A stretch of DNA of 64,000 nucleotides from Gammaproteobacteria bacterium (GCA_965243395.1 CBDEUS010000001.1:192001-256000), one strand, 5' to 3'. Counted from the first letter of the stretch, positions 43,329-52,321 are shown. The notes: generated by a model from the letters alone, not told the origin. Program-made: numbers and translations.

Positions 43329-43441
43329 AATGTCCGCTTTGGGTCGTTAGCAGTCATTTTATGTTTGAGTTTTTGTGATTCCAACCTAATTTCCCCCTGA
43401 GTGGTCTAGATCATGTCCGCTTTCGGCCAATAGCAGTCATT
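43329..43441. repeat. Full bipartite site 5 (53-bp linker)
   Basis: AATGTCCGCTTTGGGTCGTTAGCAGTCATT ... ATTCCAACC ... CATGTCCGCTTTCGGCCAATAGCAGTCATT. Confidence 0.92.
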
Positions 43442-43444
43442 TCT

Positions 43445-43945
43445 TTATTTATTCTCGAGTAATTGTTTTAACTTATCCTCTGCAGCTTGAAGTTCATTTT
43501 CTAAATTTTTAACACGATCATGATATCCTTGAGTAAACCTGGTCGATCCACTTGAAAGTATGCCTGATGTACCTATTCGCTCACCTGGAAGTGGCTCTAT
43601 TCCTTTTTCTAATACCTCTTTTTTATTGGCTATATCTTGCCTCGTTGCTTTTATCTCAGCATCGCGTTTTTTGCGAGCACTAATTCTTTCGTTTATACGC
43701 TGACTTATGTTGTCATGTTGTTTCTTAATCTCTTTCTGTTTTACCTTAGTTTTACTTGCAGGAATAGTATTCGCATCTTGTAAGTCTATCTCTTCAATAT
43801 TGTTTGTATTATTTGGTGGGACAGAGGTATAAACGGTTTTACCATTTTCATCCACATATTTATAAACTTTTGACTGCGAATAAGCAGCAATTGTATACAT
43901 GAGCAAAAAGACAACTATAATTGAATTATTGAATCTATTATTCAC
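43445..43945 (-). CDS. Cassette gene: DUF4124 secreted protein
   Basis: Signal peptide, VYKYVDENGKTVYTSVPP, coiled coil. Confidence 0.8.
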   Translation of the reverse strand: MNNRFNNSIIVVFLLMYTIAAYSQSKVYKYVDENGKTVYTSVPPNNTNNIEEIDLQDANTIPASKTKVKQKEIKKQHDNISQRINERISARKKRDAEIKATRQDIANKKEVLEKGIEPLPGERIGTSGILSSGSTRFTQGYHDRVKNLENELQAAEDKLKQLLENK

Positions 43946-44053
43946 TTGATTTCCAAATAAATTATTTAGATTGAAATCATTTTATAGGTCATTATCACTA
44001 CATTTAGATGTCCATTTCACAATAATACGAATGTAATGTATTTTTCTGTTGCA

Positions 44054-44083
44054 AATATCCGCTTTAGATCGTTAGCAGGCATC
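44054..44083. repeat. Degenerate A half-site (right end of array)
   Basis: AATATCCGCT-TTAGATCGTT-AGCAGGCATC. Confidence 0.7.
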
Positions 44084-44331
44084 TTAACTTATTTGATCGA
44101 TAATACTCATTAGCACAAGTAAACTACTTATATAATTATATTTAACATTTAATTGGTTAAATATAAAAGTCTGAACTAGTTCTAGAGTTGAGATTAGTTT
44201 ATATAATTAAGTCCAATATTGGACCTAAGTGTTATATATCTTAATTAGCTTAGCTATTATCGTTGAGGCTATATTATTTTACATTTAAGAATAGTAATTA
44301 AACAGTCTACATTAATTTGGAATAGTTAATT

Positions 44332-44745
44332 ATGAAACGTATTTTGATACTGGTAATCCTTTTTACTACTAATACATATGCTGGGGAAGCTGCTGTAAGT
44401 AGCGATCAATACGGTGAGAAGTGGCCTTTCACTGTTTCTGAAGGAATTGTTAAATGCAAAAAATATCAAAGTGGGAATCATATTCTTGATGCTGTTACGT
44501 TTTTATCAGAAGGCAAAGAGTATGCAATTAACGGTCATGCTATAACGGTTTCAAAAGACTCAAGTCTTAAAATAAATCAATCCATTGATAGCATATGGAA
44601 AGAAGACCCTAAATATAATGAAACGGTAAAAGAGCTTGCTGTAGCTTTAAATAAATCAGAAAAAGAAATTAGAGATGAAATGGGTTCGCCAATGCGCGTA
44701 AGTATAAGTCCTGTTTTAGATAAAGGGTTAAAACTTTGTAATTAA
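44332..44745 (+). CDS. YebY/DUF2511-like secreted protein
   Basis: Signal peptide, VSSDQYGEKWPFTVSEGIVKC, YAING, GLKLC. Confidence 0.75.
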   Translation: MKRILILVILFTTNTYAGEAAVSSDQYGEKWPFTVSEGIVKCKKYQSGNHILDAVTFLSEGKEYAINGHAITVSKDSSLKINQSIDSIWKEDPKYNETVKELAVALNKSEKEIRDEMGSPMRVSISPVLDKGLKLCN

Positions 44746-44842
44746 AATTAGTAAGAGTTTAAGGTACTTTAGCACACAACATCAAGCCCCAAGAACTTTT
44801 GCTCTTGTCGTAATTCAACTAACCCAACAGTGTTTTAATATT

Positions 44843-45205
44843 ATGAAAAATTCAGATGAATATAAAGAATTTGTTACTGAACAACTTGATGAATGTTTTT
44901 TAAGCTATCGAGAATCAGTAAAGCAACACTTAAGCAAATTTGGGCCAGAAAACTTAGACAAGGTTTTAAACAAAATTGAAGCCGATATTAAAAATATTTT
45001 AGTTCAAAATTACATACATGATTATTCTAATATGTATGACAAATGGGATAAAGAAACTAGATCACTCTATATTAGAAATGAAGAAAAAAAGCAGGATTAC
45101 AAATGGTTGTTGCTTAAATTCTTAGGGTATGCGGTAACCATTATCTGTATTGGCTTTGTTTACAAATATTTTGGACTGTCGCCCTTCCTAAATCCTAATA
45201 GTTAA
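44843..45205 (+). CDS. Hypothetical protein with C-terminal TM helix
   Basis: 120-aa ORF. Confidence 0.55.
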   Translation: MKNSDEYKEFVTEQLDECFLSYRESVKQHLSKFGPENLDKVLNKIEADIKNILVQNYIHDYSNMYDKWDKETRSLYIRNEEKKQDYKWLLLKFLGYAVTIICIGFVYKYFGLSPFLNPNS

Positions 45206-45223
45206 TTTCTTAAAAACTCAGTT

Positions 45224-45424
45224 ATGAGATACAGAAAGCCAAGCCTAAAAACCTTACTCGGTATTACCAAAGCCAAACGTCGTGTGAAAAAGGATCTTGG
45301 TATATATAAAGTGACCAAGTACACCAATGCGCCAAAAAACGCTAAGAGACGTGTAAAAAGAAAGCTTGGCTATTACTCAGAACCTATGAAGATATTTCGA
45401 TTTATTAAAAGACTATTGAAATAA
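45224..45424 (+). CDS. Small highly basic protein with internal repeat
   Basis: 66 aa; KAKRRVKKDLGIY / NAKRRVKRKLGYY. Confidence 0.65.
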   Translation: MRYRKPSLKTLLGITKAKRRVKKDLGIYKVTKYTNAPKNAKRRVKRKLGYYSEPMKIFRFIKRLLK

Positions 45425-45736
45425 TACGGAAACATTTTCACATATTTTGGTCCGAAAACGGACCTAACACTTTTACTTTAATAACAAAGGCTATATGAGT
45501 TTTCTTTTAGAATATTTTTCATACAACATTTTTTGAATCTGAATTCAACAATAAAATAATTGTTATTTATAAATTCATTCACACACAATTACGAATAAAA
45601 ATTTCTTAATGTAAATTGTGACGATGTCAATTATTTGTCGTTGCTACAAATACTTCTGTAATTAAACTATCGTAATTAACAATTATCATAATTGTTAGTT
45701 AATAAAAACAACAATTCAGATTTGGGGAGTGTGAGT

Positions 45737-48700
45737 ATGAGGCCGTTCAATCTTGTTCGTTCAGTTTGTAAGAATTTAAAAGCGAGAAATGAGAGTTCAT
45801 TCTCTAATCTTCCAAATGATATTTTAATTCGATTTAAATTTTTAACATTACTTGTAATTCTATATTCATCATTGTTGCAACCATTGCACGCTCTTGAATT
45901 TTGCGGAGGTTCTTATGGTTCATGCAGTGCAGCGCAAGACGCATGTGATACAGTAACCGGTCACAGTAATTGTGACAGCCCGCCAACTAATAGCAGTAAT
46001 AATCATTGTCAGTCTGGAACTCATTATCACTCTGGAAATGTATTCAAAAGTGGCGGTTTTGATAACTATCACTTTACCTGCCTATCCGGCGGAGGTTGTG
46101 GTACGGGTATTACAGAATACACAATCAATAGTTTATGTTTACCAGAAGGGTTTAAAGTTGGAAATACGAAAGGTGCTCCACAAATGTGTGTGGGCAATCC
46201 TCTTAATCCTGCGACTGGAAATAAATTTCAGGCAGAACAAGACATCTCCATCCCGAATAGCGATTTATCCTTTTCGCGTTACTACAATTCAGTAGACGAA
46301 GGGCATGCGGGTGAATTAATCATTAAGGGAAGATGGACTTATGATTATCTTCAAAGACTAGATCCTTCTAATGGATTTGTAACCGTATATCGTCCTGATG
46401 GGAAGGAACTCGTATTCGATTGCCCAGCCACAACTGGGTCTTGTACAGGAGACACCGATCTCAAAATAGAACTTGAGAAAACTTCTACAGGATATTCGCT
46501 ATTAACTTCCAGTAATAACACAGAAGACTATGATACGAATGGAAAACTGCAATCCATTACCTCACTCGCGGGCCAAACACAAACATTATCTTATAACAGC
46601 ACATCTGGATTACTGGAAACCGTTACTGATCATTTTAATCGTACCTTAACGTTTACTTTTGGGACAAGTAGTCGAATAGAAACCATTACCGATCCAAATG
46701 GCGAAGTCTACACATATGATATAGACACGGATAAAAATCTACTATCGGTAACGTATCCCGATGACACACCTGGTACCACAACGGATAATCCAAAACGTGA
46801 GTTTCAATACAACGATACAAATTTTGATTCATTACTCACAGGTATTGTGGATGAGAATGGAAACTTATATGCCGAATTTGATTACGACACCCAAGGACGG
46901 GCGATTCAATCAAAACATGCGGGAGGTGTGGAGCAAGTTGATTTAGTTTATAACGTGGATGGCACTACAACTGTCACGGATTCATTAGGTGCAACGAACA
47001 CCTTCACCTTTGATATCGTGGCATTTGTTCCCAAAACAACGGCTATATCCGGTGGCCAATGTGGCAGCGGTTGTAGTTCACAAGCACAAGCGCAAACTTA
47101 TGACACGAATGGTTATATTGCATCCAGTACCGATTTTGAAGGGAATGTAACTAACTTTGTCAATAACAGTCGGGGACTACAAACTTCAAGAACCGAAGCG
47201 GTGGGAGAATTAGAAGAGCGCACGATAACGACTGACTGGCATTCGACTCTCAGGCTACCTACCAAGATCACAGACAATGGTAAAGAAACTTCCATTACTT
47301 ATAACACTAATGGTCAGGTTCTTACCCGAACTGAAAAAGATTTATCCAATAACAATACGCGCACGACAACGTTTACCTATGATAGTAATGGGAATGTGTT
47401 GACTATCAATGGACCGCGCACTGATATTGATGACATTACCACCTTCACCTATGACACGTCTGGCAATCGTGCCAGCATGAGCGTTGACCCCGATGGCGCA
47501 GGATCTGCACCTGCACAAGTCACTAACTATACTTCTTATGATAATAGCGGGCGTTTGCTCTCCATGACCGATCCTAATGGCGTGGTCACAACGATGGACT
47601 ATGACCCACGTGGGCGCTTAGAGTCGCGTACGGTTGCAAGTGGAACATCCGAAGCTGCAACCACTACTTTTGAATACGATGGCGTGGGGAATGTCACAAA
47701 AATCACATTGCCAAATAATAGTTATCTTTCTTACACGTACGATACTGCACAACGCTTAACGAACATTGAAGACAATCTTGGAAATAAAATTACCTATACC
47801 TTAGATGACTTGGGTAATCGCACCAAAGAAGATGTGTTTGATACCAGCAGCACCTTACGCCGTACACAAAGCCGTGTGTTTGATCAACTCAGTCGAATGA
47901 CCCAGCACACAGGAGGAGCAAGTCAAGTAAGCATTTTTGGTTATGATGGTAATGGTAATCAGGTTTCTGTACTAGACCCTTTAAGCCGAAGCTCTACCTC
48001 TTCCTTTGATGCGTTGAATCGTCTCATTACTTCAACCGATCCGGCATTAAGTGATACAGACTATACGTATGATGATCGCGATAACTTGATCAGTGTATCG
48101 GATGCACGAAGTCTTACTACCACCTACACCTATGATGATTTAGATAACTTAACTCAACTCGTTAGTCCAGACACAGGAACAACTACCTATACGTATGATG
48201 ATGCTGGGAATCGACTTACCCAAACCGATGCCAGAAGTAAAACTACAACCTATACCTATGATGCGTTAAATCGAGTCAGTTCTATAACTTATCCTGATAC
48301 TAGTTTGAATGTCACGTTTACATATGACTCAGGAACGAATGGTAAAGGTCGTTTAACGGGCATGACCGACGCATCAGGTACGACAACATACACCTATGAC
48401 AAGCGTGGAAATCTTGCGAGTGAATCAAAAGTCATCAGCGGTCAAACGTATCTTACGAGTTATGCGTATGATGATGCAGACAATGTCACACAATTAACCT
48501 ATCCAAGTGGGCGCACGGTTGATTACGAATACAATAGCATCGGACAAGTGGTTCAAGTGGAGACTACCTTAGGCAGTAATACCAACATTGTTGCATTTGA
48601 TATTAACTACCACCCATTTGGACCTATTAAAAGTTTAATCTTTGGTAACGGGTTAAGCACTGCATACACATTTGATCAAGACTATCGACTTACCGATGCG

Positions 48701-50815
48701 GTTACAGACAATAATACTCATTCATTGACGTACGCTTATGATCTTGGCGATAACATTTCTACGATCACTGACAATAATGATTCAACGCGTAATCAATCTT
48801 TCACGTATGACAATTTAGATCGCTTATTAAGTGGTAACGGGATTTATGGTTCACTGAGTTACACTTATGATGTAGTCGGTAACCGTCTCACGGAAACAAA
48901 AAATTCAGTAACCGATACTTATAGTTATGCGACTACCAGTAATCAAGTACAAACTATCACTGGTGGTCAAATTAATTCGTTTACTTACGATGCTGCAGGA
49001 AATATCACAGTTGGAAGCGGGGATACCTTCACGGTAAATGATGCCAATCGTATGGCAACCGCAGCAAGTGGTTCGACAACAGCTACGTATACCTATAACG
49101 GCAAAGGCGAACGTACTATAAAAGTAGTGGGTTCTACGACAACGATTTACCACTATGACCAAAATGGACAGCTAATAGCTGAGTCCGATGCACTCGCAAA
49201 TTCACAAGCTGAATATATCTATCTCAATGGGCAACGCCTTGCGTTAATTGATCCTAATGGAACAGGAACGGGCGCATCGGGTATTGTCATCGATAACAGT
49301 GATTCTAGCTCGACTAGTACGATTGGAAATTGGACGACTACCGTAACGGGTACGGGAGATTACGAAGGATCTGATGTTGCGCAGTCAGCATTGAATAGCA
49401 TTGAAATCATTATTGATGATGTTGATTCTTCAACGTCATCTGTAGGTAATTGGTGGCTTAGCACAGCTTCTCATTGGTATGGAGGTACGGCTCAGCATAT
49501 AAGATGGCCAGGCTCAGGTAGTCAAATTTTTACTTGGAATTTTTCTTCTATATCAAGTGGTAATTATGAGGTAGCTGCCCAATGGTGGGCTCACCCGCAA
49601 TATACATCAATTGCACCCTATACTATAAATCACACACAAGGCAGCACGCTTGTATTGGGAGATCAAACCCAAAATCCGGGCTGGAATGTGCTCGGAACAT
49701 TTTCGCTTGATTCCACCAGCAGTATCGAACTAAGCGATGATGCAAATAATAAATATGTCATGGCCGATGCGATACGCTTAATTGATAACACCATACCCAC
49801 ATTCACTTGGGATGCACCGGTGGGCACGTTTGATGTGTATGCAGAATGGACACAAGATTCGAGTCATGCAACGGATTCAACTTATACACTTCATCATTCA
49901 ACAGGACAGACAACTGTAACGGTGAATCAACAAACCAATGGTATAGGTTTGAATTATTTAGGTACAGCAACTTTTGATGCAACAGGAAAAGTTGTTTTGG
50001 CTAGCGGGTCAGATGGAAATGTCATTGCCGATGCAATTCATTTTATAGGGACTTCCACATCCACCACTGCATTGTATTACATTCACAGTAATCACTTAGA
50101 CACCCCTCAAGCCATTACCGACGGAAGTAAAACGGTTGTTTGGAGTGCGGATTATGAACCGTTTGGGGAGACAAATATAACCGTTAATACTTTAACGAAT
50201 AATCTACGATTCCCTGGCCAATATGCTGATAGTGAAAGTGGATTACATTACAACTACTTTAGAGATTACAACCCTAGTATTGGGCGCTATATGCAATCAG
50301 ATCCGATTGGGTTACTTGGCGGATTTAATACCTATGTTTATGTGAAAGCAAATCCACAAAAATTTACCGACAACTTAGGTTTATATGATTCTGATTTTGA
50401 TGCAGCAGAACAAACAATCAATAGATTATTCAAAGGATACAATATTCCTCCTATTTCGACATGTAGCGGTGGTGTAGATTGTACAAGACGCGGATTAGAT
50501 ACATTTGATGAAGGTGGTTATTTACCAGAAACAGATGAAATTATTATAAATGAATTAGATTTTGGTACTGGAGATAATATGAGAGACATAGCTCTCAATG
50601 ATGTACAAGCATATAATCTACTGAACACTTATATCCATGAAATCTTGCATGCAAATCAAAACTTGTTTGGTGATTTCGCAATGAGAAACTTACAAAATGG
50701 ACGAGGTTCTCCGGGAGCATTTTTGCATGACACAATTTATCGATGGGCAGACATTCTAACAAAAAGAAACTTTCAGTCATTCAATGAGTTGAGAGAGCAA
50801 TGCGAAATTAAGTAA
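45737..50815 (+). CDS. Rhs/YD-repeat polymorphic toxin with DUF6531-like domain, nested golvesin-like domains and HExxH tip
   Basis: GNPLNPATGNKF, many YD repeats, core end LRFPGQYAD..YNYFRDYNP.IGRYMQSDPIGL.GG.N.Y.YV..NP..TDNLGL, then YIHEILH; ATG 45737 after GGGGAG. Confidence 0.92.
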   Translation: MRPFNLVRSVCKNLKARNESSFSNLPNDILIRFKFLTLLVILYSSLLQPLHALEFCGGSYGSCSAAQDACDTVTGHSNCDSPPTNSSNNHCQSGTHYHSGNVFKSGGFDNYHFTCLSGGGCGTGITEYTINSLCLPEGFKVGNTKGAPQMCVGNPLNPATGNKFQAEQDISIPNSDLSFSRYYNSVDEGHAGELIIKGRWTYDYLQRLDPSNGFVTVYRPDGKELVFDCPATTGSCTGDTDLKIELEKTSTGYSLLTSSNNTEDYDTNGKLQSITSLAGQTQTLSYNSTSGLLETVTDHFNRTLTFTFGTSSRIETITDPNGEVYTYDIDTDKNLLSVTYPDDTPGTTTDNPKREFQYNDTNFDSLLTGIVDENGNLYAEFDYDTQGRAIQSKHAGGVEQVDLVYNVDGTTTVTDSLGATNTFTFDIVAFVPKTTAISGGQCGSGCSSQAQAQTYDTNGYIASSTDFEGNVTNFVNNSRGLQTSRTEAVGELEERTITTDWHSTLRLPTKITDNGKETSITYNTNGQVLTRTEKDLSNNNTRTTTFTYDSNGNVLTINGPRTDIDDITTFTYDTSGNRASMSVDPDGAGSAPAQVTNYTSYDNSGRLLSMTDPNGVVTTMDYDPRGRLESRTVASGTSEAATTTFEYDGVGNVTKITLPNNSYLSYTYDTAQRLTNIEDNLGNKITYTLDDLGNRTKEDVFDTSSTLRRTQSRVFDQLSRMTQHTGGASQVSIFGYDGNGNQVSVLDPLSRSSTSSFDALNRLITSTDPALSDTDYTYDDRDNLISVSDARSLTTTYTYDDLDNLTQLVSPDTGTTTYTYDDAGNRLTQTDARSKTTTYTYDALNRVSSITYPDTSLNVTFTYDSGTNGKGRLTGMTDASGTTTYTYDKRGNLASESKVISGQTYLTSYAYDDADNVTQLTYPSGRTVDYEYNSIGQVVQVETTLGSNTNIVAFDINYHPFGPIKSLIFGNGLSTAYTFDQDYRLTDAVTDNNTHSLTYAYDLGDNISTITDNNDSTRNQSFTYDNLDRLLSGNGIYGSLSYTYDVVGNRLTETKNSVTDTYSYATTSNQVQTITGGQINSFTYDAAGNITVGSGDTFTVNDANRMATAASGSTTATYTYNGKGERTIKVVGSTTTIYHYDQNGQLIAESDALANSQAEYIYLNGQRLALIDPNGTGTGASGIVIDNSDSSSTSTIGNWTTTVTGTGDYEGSDVAQSALNSIEIIIDDVDSSTSSVGNWWLSTASHWYGGTAQHIRWPGSGSQIFTWNFSSISSGNYEVAAQWWAHPQYTSIAPYTINHTQGSTLVLGDQTQNPGWNVLGTFSLDSTSSIELSDDANNKYVMADAIRLIDNTIPTFTWDAPVGTFDVYAEWTQDSSHATDSTYTLHHSTGQTTVTVNQQTNGIGLNYLGTATFDATGKVVLASGSDGNVIADAIHFIGTSTSTTALYYIHSNHLDTPQAITDGSKTVVWSADYEPFGETNITVNTLTNNLRFPGQYADSESGLHYNYFRDYNPSIGRYMQSDPIGLLGGFNTYVYVKANPQKFTDNLGLYDSDFDAAEQTINRLFKGYNIPPISTCSGGVDCTRRGLDTFDEGGYLPETDEIIINELDFGTGDNMRDIALNDVQAYNLLNTYIHEILHANQNLFGDFAMRNLQNGRGSPGAFLHDTIYRWADILTKRNFQSFNELREQCEIK

Positions 50816-50847
50816 ATCTAGGCATTGCTTGGTATAATCATCTCAAT

Positions 50848-51249
50848 ATGAAAGGATCAATAAAAGTATTTATAGTTGTACTTATACTATTGGCATTACC
50901 AATTTACCCTAAGTTTCCGGTACAAGTTGCAGATCCTGTGGGAGTGGAAGATTCTCGAATTAAAGTAAATATAAATACCGATGAGTTAGAAGTAATACTC
51001 CATACGATTAGAGGAAAAAAATTTGATTTTTTATATAGTAGATTAAAAAATAGGAATACAAGACCTCTTATTGGAATCTACGACATATCTGGCAAAAGTA
51101 CTGATGAAAAATTATCTCAATTAGATAATTCAATAAAAGATTCTGAAATAATAGCTATTACTGGATCGAAAGGTTATAGAGAGTCGTATTATTTTAATAG
51201 AGATGGTGCATCACTAAAATTTATCACTTCACGAGATATCATGATCTAA
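50848..51249 (+). CDS. Putative immunity protein (membrane-anchored/exported)
   Basis: Directly downstream of the Rhs tip; N-terminal hydrophobic helix. Confidence 0.55.
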   Translation: MKGSIKVFIVVLILLALPIYPKFPVQVADPVGVEDSRIKVNINTDELEVILHTIRGKKFDFLYSRLKNRNTRPLIGIYDISGKSTDEKLSQLDNSIKDSEIIAITGSKGYRESYYFNRDGASLKFITSRDIMI

Positions 51250-51309
51250 TATCAATATTTTATCATTTTCACTTTTTCCTAACATCTATCAGTCGCATAT
51301 CCAATCTCT

Positions 51310-51345
51310 CTAACGATTAAAAGTAGCCCCACATAGAGCAGGGCT
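51310..51345 (+). repeat. 36-bp imperfect direct repeat / hairpin, copy 1
   Basis: CTAACGATTAAAAGTAGCCCCACATAGAGCAGGGCT; near-identical to 53969-54004. Confidence 0.7.
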
Positions 51346-51613
51346 AGATGTCTTAACATTAAATGGTTGATTCAGAAAGTTGAGTGAATTTTAGCTAAGT
51401 CTTGATGTGTAATTTCAGAACTTAAATAAATTTGAAAGAGTATCTCCAAATGCCGTATGGTCAAAGTGGACGATGCGTGTGCTTTAATAGCTTTCATAGT
51501 AGTCAAACAACCAGCAATCACATCATGGTCATTTCCCATGTATACGAACCTAATCTGTTACCAAGAGATTTATCATAATCAAAATTAATGATAACTTGTG
51601 CATAAAGATAAAC

Positions 51614-52285
51614 TTACACTTTTGCCTCATCTTCTATAGGTAATCCTTCTAATTTCCATTCTGGAAACCCATCTTGCAATCGACGAGCTTTATAGCCTTT
51701 TGCTCGAAGCTTAGCGACTGCATCAAATGCTAGTAGGCAATGAGGACCCCTACAATACGCTATTACTTCTTTTGATTTTGGAATTTCATTTAATTTACTT
51801 TTTAATTCTGTAAGAGGAATGCTCTTAGAATTAGGGATATGTCCCAATTGAAATTCACTTCGTGGACGCACGTCTATAACTGTTACGACACCCTTACTTG
51901 CTCGCTTTAACAGCTCTTCCCTCGTAATAGGTTCTAATCCATCTTTACTCGTCAAATACTTGGATATTAATACTTGTATTTCAGCCAAGTTAGCTTCAGC
52001 AATTTCTCGTAACAATGTCATAAGCGCAATTATTGAATTATCGCTTAAGCTGTAATAGGACTTTTGGCCTTGAGATCTAGATTTTACCAGCCCAGAGCGT
52101 CTAAGCCCTTGTAAATGTTGGGACGTATTCGCAACCGTAAGCCCGGACTTTTTTGCAAGATTTTCTACTGTAGCTTCTCCTTGTGCCAAAAATTCCAGTA
52201 ATTCTAAGCGGTTACCGCTACTTAGAGATTTACCAATCATCGCAAACTGAGAAAAAAGCTCTTTCTTGAAGTGATTTGTTTCCAT
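51614..52285 (-). CDS. ArsR-family regulator fused to rhodanese domain
   Basis: RLELLEFL...ANTSQHL..L HTH; IDVRP..EF..GHIP, YCRGPHC. Confidence 0.92.
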   Translation of the reverse strand: METNHFKKELFSQFAMIGKSLSSGNRLELLEFLAQGEATVENLAKKSGLTVANTSQHLQGLRRSGLVKSRSQGQKSYYSLSDNSIIALMTLLREIAEANLAEIQVLISKYLTSKDGLEPITREELLKRASKGVVTVIDVRPRSEFQLGHIPNSKSIPLTELKSKLNEIPKSKEVIAYCRGPHCLLAFDAVAKLRAKGYKARRLQDGFPEWKLEGLPIEDEAKV

Positions 52286-52299
52286 ATATATAATTCTAT

Positions 52300-52321
52300 T
52301 ATTCAATAGATTAATTGAATA
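52300..52321. promoter_or_regulatory. Putative ArsR operator
   Basis: Perfect inverted repeat TATTCAAT-N6-ATTGAATA just upstream of the ArsR gene in a divergent intergenic region. Confidence 0.6.

Larger units (their letters stand above)
40294..44083 (-). mobile_element. Gene-cassette-like array: 7 short co-oriented genes separated by a bipartite palindromic repeat
   Basis: Five full sites, one single-palindrome site and two degenerate terminal half sites, each abutting gene ends. Confidence 0.85.

Noticed and set aside
41162-43441. Classical integron attC sites
   Set aside because: No RYYYAAC at the gene-proximal end or GTTRRRY at the distal end, not one long hairpin, and the nearby integrase is an arm-binding phage type rather than IntI. 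Judged by eye; a covariance-model run is still advisable.
41162-43441. Rho-independent terminators or XerCD dif sites
   Set aside because: The loops are invariant while the stems are mismatched, there are no consistent U-tracts on the coding strand, and there is no resemblance to the dif consensus (TTATGTTAAAT XerD arm).
40729-44083. CRISPR array interpretation of the 30-bp palindromic repeats
   Set aside because: Two alternating repeat types, the 43-bp linkers are similar to each other rather than unique, the alternate 'spacers' are whole genes, and no cas genes are present.
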